Positions 15,697 through 25,700 of a stretch of 35,283 bases of DNA are shown piece after piece. The notes beneath the pieces are model-generated. The model made no database searches and was not told where the DNA came from. It was given only the letters and a program-made list of their open reading frames with translations. The position numbers were made by a program, and so were the translations under genes. Within the stretch, counting starts at the first letter, position 1, and each line of letters opens with the position of its first letter. The stretch is from positions 1-35,283 of IMG/VR virus record IMGVR_UViG_3300025084_001960. The stretch is one strand, 5' to 3'. Source of the DNA: a virus. Lineage: Duplodnaviria; Caudoviricetes.

Positions 15697-16131
15697 ATGA
15701 CGGAAGAAAAAAGTAAACAACCAGTATCGCTTAAGAGTTTATTAACTCCAAGCAAAACAGTTGAGATAGATTACCCAGGATATACAGGTTTCGCAGTATC
15801 TCTTTGCTACTTAAGTAGAGAAGAACTTGTCAAACTAAGAAATAAGTGTTTAAAGCAAAAGTTTAATAAAAAGACTAGAGCCTTTGAAGATACGCTAGAT
15901 GAAGATCTGTTTATGGTAGAATACGTCTCAGCGATAATAAAAGGTTGGAATGGATTAAAATACAAGTACCTAGAAGAGTTTCTATTGGTGGATGTATCTC
16001 AACTAAATCTAGATGATGAACTTGAATACACACAAGATAACGCTGAATTATTAATGAGAAATTCAGGTGATTTTGACCAATGGGTAACTGATACTGTAGG
16101 AGATCTGGAAAATTTTACGCAGAGCAAGTAG
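15697..16131 (+). CDS. Tail assembly chaperone (gpG equivalent)
   Basis: Between tube and tape measure; IKGWNGL motif; ends just after a slippery heptamer. Confidence 0.85.
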   Translation: MTEEKSKQPVSLKSLLTPSKTVEIDYPGYTGFAVSLCYLSREELVKLRNKCLKQKFNKKTRAFEDTLDEDLFMVEYVSAIIKGWNGLKYKYLEEFLLVDVSQLNLDDELEYTQDNAELLMRNSGDFDQWVTDTVGDLENFTQSK

Positions 16132-16511
16132 AACAAATACTTGCACTAATTAAGAGAACTTTCGTAGACCAGGGCATAGATGTTGATAAATATCTTGCTG
16201 TCTGCGAACAGTTAAATCAAGAACCAGACCCTAAAAAAATGCCTCCAGAGATGAGCTCTTATCCTTTAGAAGTTCAAGAGGCGTTTTTCCTACATAGAAT
16301 GTTATCGGATAAGTGGGACGGAATGAGTGGTTATTATCAAGGCAAAGATATGACTGCACTTAGTACATATATAAAAGTGTATGAAATTTCAAATCCACCC
16401 CAAACTTTATATTTTTTAAAGCATATAGAACATGAACATGCAAATATGTTAAATGACAAAGTGAAAAAACAACACGAGGCTGAAAGAAGAAAGGCAAAAA
16501 GTAGGAAATAA
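16110..16511 (+). CDS. -1 frameshift extension of the chaperone (gpGT equivalent; includes ORF 16239-16511)
   Basis: A AAT TTT at 16110-16116. The -1 frame is open from there (FYAEQVEQILALIK...CEQLNQEPDPKKMPPE...WDGMSGYYQGKD) to 16511. Confidence 0.8.
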   Translation, partial: KFYAEQVEQILALIKRTFVDQGIDVDKYLAVCEQLNQEPDPKKMPPEMSSYPLEVQEAFFLHRMLSDKWDGMSGYYQGKDMTALSTYIKVYEISNPPQTLYFLKHIEHEHANMLNDKVKKQHEAERRKAKSRK

Positions 16512-19500
16512 TGACAAAAAAGAAAAAAGGCGCAATTATAAGTTTTGAGGTTACTGATGACGGTACTCTTAAACAGGTAGGAAGACGAGCAAAAACAGCC
16601 AGTAAAGATATAGCTGGTGTAGGTAAATCTGCGGGTGATACTCGTAGAAATTTACAATCTATGTCAGGACGTACAGAATCTGCGTCAAAATCTTTTTCAC
16701 GTTTACAACAAGGTACTGGTGGCCTTGTACAATCATATGCGATTCTTGCATCAACAGTCTTTGCTGTTACAGCAGCTTTCAGAGCGTTAGAAAATGCACA
16801 AAATATTCAACAACAAATCAAAGGTTTTGAAACACTTACAAAAGTTACTGGTACATCCTTACTTACTATAACAAACAGAGTTAGAGAAGCAACTAATGGA
16901 TTACTTGATTTTCAAACAGCAGCACAACAAACAGCTATAGCAACAGCAGCAGGTTTTAGTGCAGATCAAATTGAAGGACTAGCAGAAGGAGCAAAACGAG
17001 CTTCAGTTGCATTAGGTCGAGATATGACAGACTCATTCAACAGATTGATTCGTGGTGTGACAAAAGCCGAACCCGAACTACTAGATGAATTAGGTATCAT
17101 TTTAAGACTAGATATCGCAACAAGAAACTATGCAGCAAGTATAGGGGCAAGTGCAGACAAACTTACCATTGCTCAAAGAAGGGCAGCTGTGTACAACGAA
17201 GTTAACAAACAGCTAGAAGGCAACTTTGGAGCCATTGGAGACGATGCTAATAATTTAACCAATCAAATCACCGCATTCACAACATCTTTAGGAGATATTG
17301 GAATAGCAATTTCAGGGACAATTCTTCCCGCAATCAACACTTTTATATCTTTCTTAGATAGAAATAAACCAATACTATTTGGAGTTTTAGGTATCTTTGC
17401 TTTAAGATTAACAAATGATATTATGCCTGGACTAAAAGGAGTAGGTGTTGCAACAGAAAACTGGGTTAATAATTCAAAATCAAGAATCACAGAATTAAAT
17501 ACACAATTAGACGGTAATAGTAAAAAATATAAAAAATTAGGAATCGAACAGAATAAAACTACATCAACAGTTTCAAAAGCTTTTAAACAATCTTTAAAGA
17601 AAAGAGGAATGGCTGAAAAAGAGTTTTTTGAAAAATCTGCTGCTAACCAAAAAAGGTCAATATCAGCACACATTAACGCATTAAAAAAACAAGAAAAAGC
17701 TACTGGTGTAAGTACGAAAAGACAAGTTGCAATTCAAGAGGCCGCTTACAAAAAAATTGTTGCAATGTCTAACGTTACAGGAAAAAAAGTAGGTCTAGGA
17801 TTATCTTCAGGACTTTTACAAGCAGAAAAAGGTTTAATTAGAATTAAATTAATAGGACAAAATGCAATGGCTAAGTTAGCTCAAGGAGCTGCTAAAGCAG
17901 GGCCTGCATTTGCAGCTTTAGGTGGAATAATAAATTCCGCATTTAGTGTATTTATGTTCTTGTCAATTGCTACTATGTTTTACGATATGATTCCTGGCGT
18001 AGCAAAAGCAAAAGAAGCCGTACAAGACTTAAAAGACAAACTAGAAGATTCTGAGTCAGCAGCAGGGGAATTAAACAACGCTATCGTAGGATTTAATGTA
18101 GAAAAATTAAAATCCATAGGAGATTCTATTAGAGAAGGGGTAGAACCTATGATGGAAATGGCAAAAGCAGTTGACCATTTAGCCAATATTCTAAAAACCG
18201 CAGATATAAAAGAAATGGGTACTAAGCTAGTAGAAACCGTAGAGTCAAGTATAGTAGATGGGGGAAAGAAAACACAAAAAGCTTCAGTACCTTTGGCAGT
18301 TATGGAAATGATTAGAGCTTCTCAAATGGGCATAGCTGCAGGTGGCGGAGACGAAGTACAGTCCGCATTACTAGCATTTATGCAGACTGCCAGTTTGAAG
18401 GAAGACAAACAAGGTGATATGACTGGGTATCTTACTAAAGAGTTTATTGAAGGTATGACAAACAACATAATGAAGGAACTTACTTCTATGGGGTCTGTGG
18501 ACAAAGATACTACACAGTATTCCCAAAGTTTAGATAATATAAGAGAACATTTTAGAATGTTAAAAATAGATTCAAGAGACTTTTTTGACGTAACCGAGGA
18601 AGGAGGCAAAACAGTAGTAAATGCTACTGACCAGTTTGATTCTTTCTTTGAGTCTGTTGATGAAGGAACAGCAGCGGCAAAAAATGCTATTGTTTCTCTG
18701 TCAGATATGTCAGAACCTTTAGACAACCTAATGGAAGCTATAAAATTAAGTATGCCAAAACCTACTGCTTTTGCAACAATGTCAGCAAATTTATCACAAG
18801 TATTTAATCAGTATGATGCAGCACAGAAAAGCATAGCAGAAGGCAAGAAAAATGGTGCAGACCTCGAGAAGTTAATCTCAAAACAGTTAACACAAGAAGA
18901 ACGAGATTTAGCAAAAGAAAAAGGATTTAATTTAACAATAGATACCGCAGCTATCTTTAAGATGATGCATAAATTAAATATATCAAAAAAACAAGCAGAA
19001 CTACTATTAACCGAAAGAAACCTTCTAGTAGATATTAACGACGAGTTAAATAGAGCTGTTCTAATGCAAAAAGCAAGAAAAAATTTACAAAATGCAGAAT
19101 TACTACTTATAAATCAGCTAGGTGATAGACATAGTAAAAGACTTGCAATGAATGTAAAATTCAACGCACTACAAGCCGAGCATTTACTTTTGCAAGGAAA
19201 AATTTTAGAAAGAACTGTAGAAACAAATGGCAAGAACCAAGCAGGACAAGTTGTACATGATTTAACAACTCAAGAACTTATAACTCAGAAAGAAGTAATG
19301 GACGCACAACTAGAAGTTCTTGGAAATCAATTAGATAGATTTCATGAAATTAGAAAAGCTACAATTGAAACTTTTGATGCTGCAGGAGGAGATGCTCTTC
19401 AATCAATACTTGACGGTGGAAGTGGTGGAGATGCTCTTAGAGGAATGGCCGAAAAGTTGAAAAAAGTTGCAACAGGTTCTATGTCAGATATGATTATGAA

Positions 19501-20251
19501 TCCTATAACTGGAGGATTTAAAAAAATGCTAGGTATGGGACCAGATAGTATAAAACTAACTCCAGAAGCAGAAGCTATACAAAAAGTACATACTGACCAC
19601 GTTACCCAACTATCAAAAGTACTAACATCACACTCAAACGCTTTTGGTCATTCTATGGATATATCTACTGGTGGAACTGATGAAGAAGGCAATCTAATTA
19701 GTTTGTTTAAGGGAAAATTACTAAGTAAAGATGGATATGGTGGTATTAGCAGTGGAACAGGCGGATCAGATGACACATTAGATGCTCTTAAAGATGGCGG
19801 TTTCAAGACCATGTTTCAAGATATGTTTGGTGGGCTTTTTGACAGTATAGGAGGAATGTTCTCAGGACTCTTCGGCGGAAAGGGCGGAGGCCTTCTGTCT
19901 ACACTAGGAGGCTTCTTTGGATTAGAAAGAGGTGGAGTTATTGGTTTAGCAAAAGGTGGTATAGCTAGATATGCGAAAGGTGGAATAGCAAAACAACCAA
20001 CATATCTTGTAGGAGAAGGAAAACAAAATGAAGCAGTAGTACCATTGCCTGATAATAAAAGCATCCCTGTAGACTTAGGAAGAGGAGCAAACTCCACAAA
20101 TAATACAAATATTAGTGTAAACGTATCAGATGGCGGTGTATCTACAAAAATGGAAGCTGACGGAGCTAAAGAAATGGCAAGCGCAATTAATATGGCAGTA
20201 CTAGCCGAAATAGAAAAACAACAAAGACCAGGCGGATTACTAGGAGCATAA
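16511..20251 (+). CDS. Tape measure protein
   Basis: 1246 aa, Ala/Gly-rich and helical, KAEPELLDELGI motif, hydrophobic segments, C-terminal GG...GE...EAVVPL; follows the chaperones. Confidence 0.93.
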   Translation: MTKKKKGAIISFEVTDDGTLKQVGRRAKTASKDIAGVGKSAGDTRRNLQSMSGRTESASKSFSRLQQGTGGLVQSYAILASTVFAVTAAFRALENAQNIQQQIKGFETLTKVTGTSLLTITNRVREATNGLLDFQTAAQQTAIATAAGFSADQIEGLAEGAKRASVALGRDMTDSFNRLIRGVTKAEPELLDELGIILRLDIATRNYAASIGASADKLTIAQRRAAVYNEVNKQLEGNFGAIGDDANNLTNQITAFTTSLGDIGIAISGTILPAINTFISFLDRNKPILFGVLGIFALRLTNDIMPGLKGVGVATENWVNNSKSRITELNTQLDGNSKKYKKLGIEQNKTTSTVSKAFKQSLKKRGMAEKEFFEKSAANQKRSISAHINALKKQEKATGVSTKRQVAIQEAAYKKIVAMSNVTGKKVGLGLSSGLLQAEKGLIRIKLIGQNAMAKLAQGAAKAGPAFAALGGIINSAFSVFMFLSIATMFYDMIPGVAKAKEAVQDLKDKLEDSESAAGELNNAIVGFNVEKLKSIGDSIREGVEPMMEMAKAVDHLANILKTADIKEMGTKLVETVESSIVDGGKKTQKASVPLAVMEMIRASQMGIAAGGGDEVQSALLAFMQTASLKEDKQGDMTGYLTKEFIEGMTNNIMKELTSMGSVDKDTTQYSQSLDNIREHFRMLKIDSRDFFDVTEEGGKTVVNATDQFDSFFESVDEGTAAAKNAIVSLSDMSEPLDNLMEAIKLSMPKPTAFATMSANLSQVFNQYDAAQKSIAEGKKNGADLEKLISKQLTQEERDLAKEKGFNLTIDTAAIFKMMHKLNISKKQAELLLTERNLLVDINDELNRAVLMQKARKNLQNAELLLINQLGDRHSKRLAMNVKFNALQAEHLLLQGKILERTVETNGKNQAGQVVHDLTTQELITQKEVMDAQLEVLGNQLDRFHEIRKATIETFDAAGGDALQSILDGGSGGDALRGMAEKLKKVATGSMSDMIMNPITGGFKKMLGMGPDSIKLTPEAEAIQKVHTDHVTQLSKVLTSHSNAFGHSMDISTGGTDEEGNLISLFKGKLLSKDGYGGISSGTGGSDDTLDALKDGGFKTMFQDMFGGLFDSIGGMFSGLFGGKGGGLLSTLGGFFGLERGGVIGLAKGGIARYAKGGIAKQPTYLVGEGKQNEAVVPLPDNKSIPVDLGRGANSTNNTNISVNVSDGGVSTKMEADGAKEMASAINMAVLAEIEKQQRPGGLLGA

Positions 20252-20252
20252 T

Positions 20253-20630
20253 ATGGCAATAGGATTTAATGTAGGAGGCACACTTGGAGTAGTCGCACCA
20301 GATAAAGGATTTACAAGAAGTAATAAACCTGTAGTATTTGTACAAAAATTTGGTGATGGGTATGAGCAACGTATAGCAAATGGTATAAATAACTTAGAAC
20401 AACAATTTAGTCTTAACTTTGCAACTAGACCAAAAGATGAGATAGATGATATAATTGCTTTTTTTGAATCTAAAAAAGGAGTAACTGCATTTGATTATAT
20501 CTTCTCAGATACAAATGCGGGAAGCAATGAAGAAACAGTAAAAGTAGTTTGCGAGGATTGGAGTCAAACCTGGGACTATGATGATTATTACAGCTTAACG
20601 GCTACATTTAGGAGAATATACGAAGCATAA
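20253..20630 (+). CDS. Distal tail protein, lambda gpM-like
   Basis: KFGDGYEQRIANGINN, FF....GV.AF, LTATF. Confidence 0.88.
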   Translation: MAIGFNVGGTLGVVAPDKGFTRSNKPVVFVQKFGDGYEQRIANGINNLEQQFSLNFATRPKDEIDDIIAFFESKKGVTAFDYIFSDTNAGSNEETVKVVCEDWSQTWDYDDYYSLTATFRRIYEA

Positions 20631-21826
20631 TGTCAAATATAGTAGAAGATGTACAAAAGCTAGACCCTGCCTCAGAACTAATACATTTATTTGAAATAGA
20701 AGTATCTAAGGGAGTGTTTGCTTACTTTTCAGGAAGTGGAGTAGAGTCAAATCTAGGCAATCTTAAGTTTAGAGATTACGATTCTCCTAGTACAATCAGA
20801 ACATATCCTCCTATACCAATAGAAGCGCAAAATTTTGAAACAAAAAATGATGGAGCAATGGCAAGACCAAACGTTACTATTGCAAATGTTACTAATGTTC
20901 TAAGCAGTGCTACAGGAAGTATTAACTACCATAATCTACTAGGATTAAAACTAATTAGAAGAACCACCTTAAAAAAATATTTGGATGATGGTTCTGGAAA
21001 TAGTGCAAATCCTCCAGTAGAGTTTGCAAGACAAGTCTGGATAATAGACAGAATTAAAGCAAGAAGTAAAACAGCAGTACAGATGGAACTAGTTTCTCCA
21101 TTTGATATAGAAACAGTACAGATACCTGCAAGAAAAGTATATGCAGATAGATGTTCTCATAAGTACCAAGGAGCAAGTCCTCATTTAGATAGATGGAAGA
21201 AAGCACAGAGCGGATGTCCATGGGCTATAGACGGATCATACTTTGTAAACGGTACTTCTCATGTAGTTTTTGTAAATCAAGACAACGAGTATGTAATACC
21301 TAGTTCAACTACTTTTACACTATATACTTCTGGTAGCATAGTAAAAAATGCTTATTACAAGACGACTAAAACAACAACAAGATTTAACGCAGATGGAACG
21401 AGTAGTTCTGTAACTATAAATAATTATTGGCAAGCTGTGTTTGCAAGTGATAGCCCTGGAACTCCTACAGACTCAAATACAAATTTCAAAAGAGTACGAA
21501 TATACAGTACTTACAGTGCTAGTACAGAATACTACACTTATTTAGATGATCGAGATAATGACTATGTAGTATACACAGATGCTGTTTCTTCTTCTGAAAA
21601 TTATAACAAATCATTATTATGGAAAGTTGAACAAGCTAATGAAGGGCAAACACCGACCTATGGAGAATTTTGGGAAAAAGGAGATGCTTGTAGTAAGACG
21701 ACTACAGCATGCAAAATGAGATTCGGGTGGATAAAAAATGGAAGCACAAATAACGGAAGCGTAACAACAGACACAAGAGTTGTACTACCTTTTGGAGGAT
21801 TCCCAGCAGCAAGGACATTTAAGTGA
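20630..21826 (+). CDS. Tail tip protein, lambda gpL-like, with an insertion
   Basis: IHLFEI, RP.VTIAN, RRTTLKKYLD, ELVSPFD, C..Y...C, DACSK....CKMRF, LPFGGFP (four conserved Cys). Confidence 0.88.
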   Translation: MSNIVEDVQKLDPASELIHLFEIEVSKGVFAYFSGSGVESNLGNLKFRDYDSPSTIRTYPPIPIEAQNFETKNDGAMARPNVTIANVTNVLSSATGSINYHNLLGLKLIRRTTLKKYLDDGSGNSANPPVEFARQVWIIDRIKARSKTAVQMELVSPFDIETVQIPARKVYADRCSHKYQGASPHLDRWKKAQSGCPWAIDGSYFVNGTSHVVFVNQDNEYVIPSSTTFTLYTSGSIVKNAYYKTTKTTTRFNADGTSSSVTINNYWQAVFASDSPGTPTDSNTNFKRVRIYSTYSASTEYYTYLDDRDNDYVVYTDAVSSSENYNKSLLWKVEQANEGQTPTYGEFWEKGDACSKTTTACKMRFGWIKNGSTNNGSVTTDTRVVLPFGGFPAARTFK

Positions 21827-22140
21827 TAGAACAAATATATGAGCATGCGGCGGAGTGTGCACCATTAGAATGCTGTGGACTTATTGTAAAGGATGGTAAT
21901 AACAAACGATATATTCCGATGGAAAATATTTCTGAAAAAGAAAATTACTTTGAAATGGACGAGTTAGCTTTCGCATCCTTTCAAGCTATTTTCAAAATAT
22001 TATATGTAGTCCATAGTCACTATGAGCAAAAATCTTGTCCAAGTGACCTTGACAAAACGAACTGTAACAATCTTGGTATACCATACTTTATCGTATCGTA
22101 CCCAGACAAAGAATACACAATTTTAGAACCAAATGAATAG
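21823..22140 (+). CDS. JAB/MPN-domain tail assembly protein (gpK N-terminal domain only)
   Basis: ECCGL, VVHSH, PSDLD JAMM motif; 105 aa; GTG start. Confidence 0.85.
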   Translation: MIEQIYEHAAECAPLECCGLIVKDGNNKRYIPMENISEKENYFEMDELAFASFQAIFKILYVVHSHYEQKSCPSDLDKTNCNNLGIPYFIVSYPDKEYTILEPNE

Positions 22141-22774
22141 AAAAATAATACTAAAAGGACAAATGGGAAAACTGTTTGGAGAAGAACATAATTTAAATGT
22201 ACGAAGTGTGCAAGAAGCAATGCATGCTATAGATGTTATAAAGGGAGGTCTTCGTAGATACTTAATGGAATGTACAGACCAAGGAACAGTATTTACAGTA
22301 CAAAAAGGAAAATCAGTAAAAGACTACACAAAAGAAAATATGCCTGACTTTTTATCGGGAAACGAATTAAGTTTTATAGAAGACGAAGATATAATCATTA
22401 CACCAGTACCTTCAGGGGCTGCTAGTAAATTAGAGAGCTGGGCTAAAATTGTTATAGGAGCTATACTTATGGTTTTATCCTTTTTTGTAGACCCTACTGG
22501 TGGTACAGCTGCAGCTCTATTTAGTACTGGTATGCAATTAGCTCTAAAAGGAATCATAGAATTAACAACGCCAGATCCTGATAGTAATAATGAAGAATCA
22601 GCAGCTTTGTTCAATGGCCCTGTAAATACTAGTAAAACAGGAGTTCCGATACCGATGGCTTATGGCAAAGTAGCAGCAGGTGGAGTTGTAACTAACTTTG
22701 CCTTCACAAAATCAAGAATACAAAACTCAGCAGGCTATAGTAAAAGTGCCTACGGATATAACTGGAATTTATAA
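22133..22774 (+). CDS. Tail assembly protein, lambda gpI-like
   Basis: LKGQMGKLFG, IIITPVPSGA, hydrophobic middle, FNGPVNT...GVPIPMAYG. Confidence 0.88.
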   Translation: MNRKIILKGQMGKLFGEEHNLNVRSVQEAMHAIDVIKGGLRRYLMECTDQGTVFTVQKGKSVKDYTKENMPDFLSGNELSFIEDEDIIITPVPSGAASKLESWAKIVIGAILMVLSFFVDPTGGTAAALFSTGMQLALKGIIELTTPDPDSNNEESAALFNGPVNTSKTGVPIPMAYGKVAAGGVVTNFAFTKSRIQNSAGYSKSAYGYNWNL

Positions 22775-25700
22775 TGGCTATAAGAATAATAAACGATAAC
22801 GAAAACGAACCTGTTGTTGGTGGAGATTTACCCACTACTTCCTCTAATGGAATGACAAGAGAGCAAACAGCTATTATATATGATACTTTATCAGAAGGTC
22901 CAATCGAAGGATTAGTAGATCAAGGAGCTAGTATAAAGCTTAATGGTAACCCCGCGTATAACTATGGAGATAAAGACATAGTAGCTATTCTAGATAGTAA
23001 TGATATTAGTTATGTAGCTTCGACTGGAGTAATCACCGATAATAATAATCCTAGTTTTATAGACTCAGCAAATATAGACCAAGGCTCAAGAGATATACTT
23101 ATTGTAGGTGGATCAAAAGCAGGTACAATTACTACTACTATTGGAAGTACTACACTCACAAGCGCTTCTGGATTTACCTTTGCAGCTAGTGATGTTATTG
23201 GTGAAGGAGAAAAACGATTACAACCACAGATTAGAATAACATCAGCAGGAATAGATGGTTCAGATTTAATTACCACAATTACAGAATTTATTAGTAGCAC
23301 ATCAGTTAAAGTAGCTTTAGCACCCTCTGCTAGTGTATCAGGAACAGCAGTTGAATTAGACTATGTTGGTACAGTAAGTAGCTATGACAACTCAAACAAC
23401 AGAGTAACAATTACAGCAGGAGGAAGAAACGTAAGTAATGTTTCAGCAACTTTAAGTACCCCCGAAAGGACAGAAGAACAAGCCCCTTTAGCAAAATATG
23501 ATAACTTTTTATGGGCATTTAGAAATGGAGAAAGAGACCAATCATACTTACCTACACCTTCAGGAGTTGGTAGTGGTTCTGCTGCTTATTCAGTAAATGG
23601 TGGAGATTTAAAAACAGTTCCTAATACAGGATATCCTACATGGAGTCAATTAAGAGTAAGTATAGGAGATAACCCTGCGTACTCTGGCACTACAAAAACT
23701 GTAACAGCAGATGAAATGGGTATTGATAATCCTGGAGAAGTTGATTTAATAAGATGTACTTTCAATTTTCCACAAGGATGTTACAAATGGAAAGCAAAAG
23801 ATAGTACTTTAAGACACGCAGGTGCATTAATTAGAATTAAATTTCACTATCAAAGAGGCAGTAATGCTTACAAAACCGTTATTGTAAACGGAGCTTCATC
23901 ATATTCTAACTTACGAAGAAAAGAAGGGTATACTCCAGATGACGGTCATTATGCTACAGGAGGATTTAGTAATAGGACAAAACAAGGATTTAACTATTTA
24001 TTTGAATTTGACATAAGTAAGTACGGCCCTTTTGATGACTACTATTTAACTTTTGAAAGAATAAATGAAGTTGGCGGGGAGTATGGTAACTGGGTAGTAC
24101 AAAATAATGCAGTATTAAAAATTGTAGAAAATATAGTGATGGATAGATTAAGTTATCCTTACTCTGCTTTTGGAGCAGTGATTGTAGATGCACAAGACTT
24201 TTCCTCCATACCAAAAAGAAGTTATGAGATAAGAGGACTAAAAGTACAAGTTCCAACTAACTACTTTCCAAAAGATGAATTAATACAGGGAAGCTCTATA
24301 AGAAGAACAACTCCTTCGTATACAAGAAATGTTAGTACTGGTGCAGATACTTCAAATTATGTAGATTGGGATGGTAATTTTAGAGGAGATATAAAAACTT
24401 TTGCTCCAGGCAATGCAAACTATGATACAGTTTATACTAGTAACCCTGTTTGGATTTTTATGGACTTAATGACTAATCCAAGATATGGACTAGGACAATA
24501 TATTAATCCCGATTTCGATTTTTCACAAATAGACAGATACACACTATATGGATTAGCAAAATACTGTGACGAACTCGTACCAGATGGAAAAGGCGGACAA
24601 GAACCTAGATTTGAGTGTAATGTTTATATTCAAAAATCTACTAGTGCTATAAAAATATTAAAAGATTTCAGTTCTACAATGAGAAGTATGTTAATCTGGT
24701 GGAATGGATCAGTTACTTTAGGAGCCAACATACAGAAAGGTGCAGTTTATACTTTTACAAAATCCAACGTTATGGACGGTACATTTAATTATGCAGGAAC
24801 TTCAACTAGATTCAAACATAATCAAGTAATAGTAACTTGGACTAATCCAGAAAAACAATATAAACAAGATAATGTAGTTATTGAAGATAGCAGTAATATT
24901 GCTAAAACAGGGCAAGTTAAAACAAAAAATGTTACAGCATTTGGTTGTACTTCTAAAGGACAAGCAATGCGATACGGTAAATGGCATTTATTTTCTGAAC
25001 TAAATGAAGAAGAAATCGTTAGTTTTAGCACTGGTATAAACGGAGCTATGCTAAGACCTGGAGATGTAATAAATATACAAGACCCAGATGTACACGACGT
25101 AGTAGCAAGTGGAAGAGTTACAACAACATCTAGTTCTAGTTCTACAGTCATAAAAACAGATAGAGATATAAGTAGTTTCTTAAATACTACTGATAATTTT
25201 AATCTTCATTTAATATACCCTAAAGGTGGAGCATATTTAACTCAACAGAGTGCAACTATAAATAGTATAGATTATAAACAAGGAGATTTAGTATTACTAG
25301 ATGAAGCCGGAGCAGCCATAGATACAGATACCAAAGCTTCTAATGTACGAGATGATTCAGGCTCTATAGTTCAATTATTCTGGTCAGACCAAGTAAGAGT
25401 TGAGACTAAACCAATATCTTCATTTAATACTACATCAGTAACTGTTAGTTCAGCTTTCTCTTCTGCACCAAATGCTGAAGTTATCTATACAGTATCAGGT
25501 CAAGAAGAAGATGGTGGTAATGTAGCAGGAAGCTTAAAAGAGTACATCGTAACTTCTATAAAAGAAGATATTACAAGTTTAACTTTTGCAATAAGCGCAC
25601 AAGAGTATAAACCAGAAAAATTTACAAAAATTGACAGAGGATATATAATACCAGATATTCCAACAGTAATGCAACCACCTAAAGATACTGATGCAGTTCC

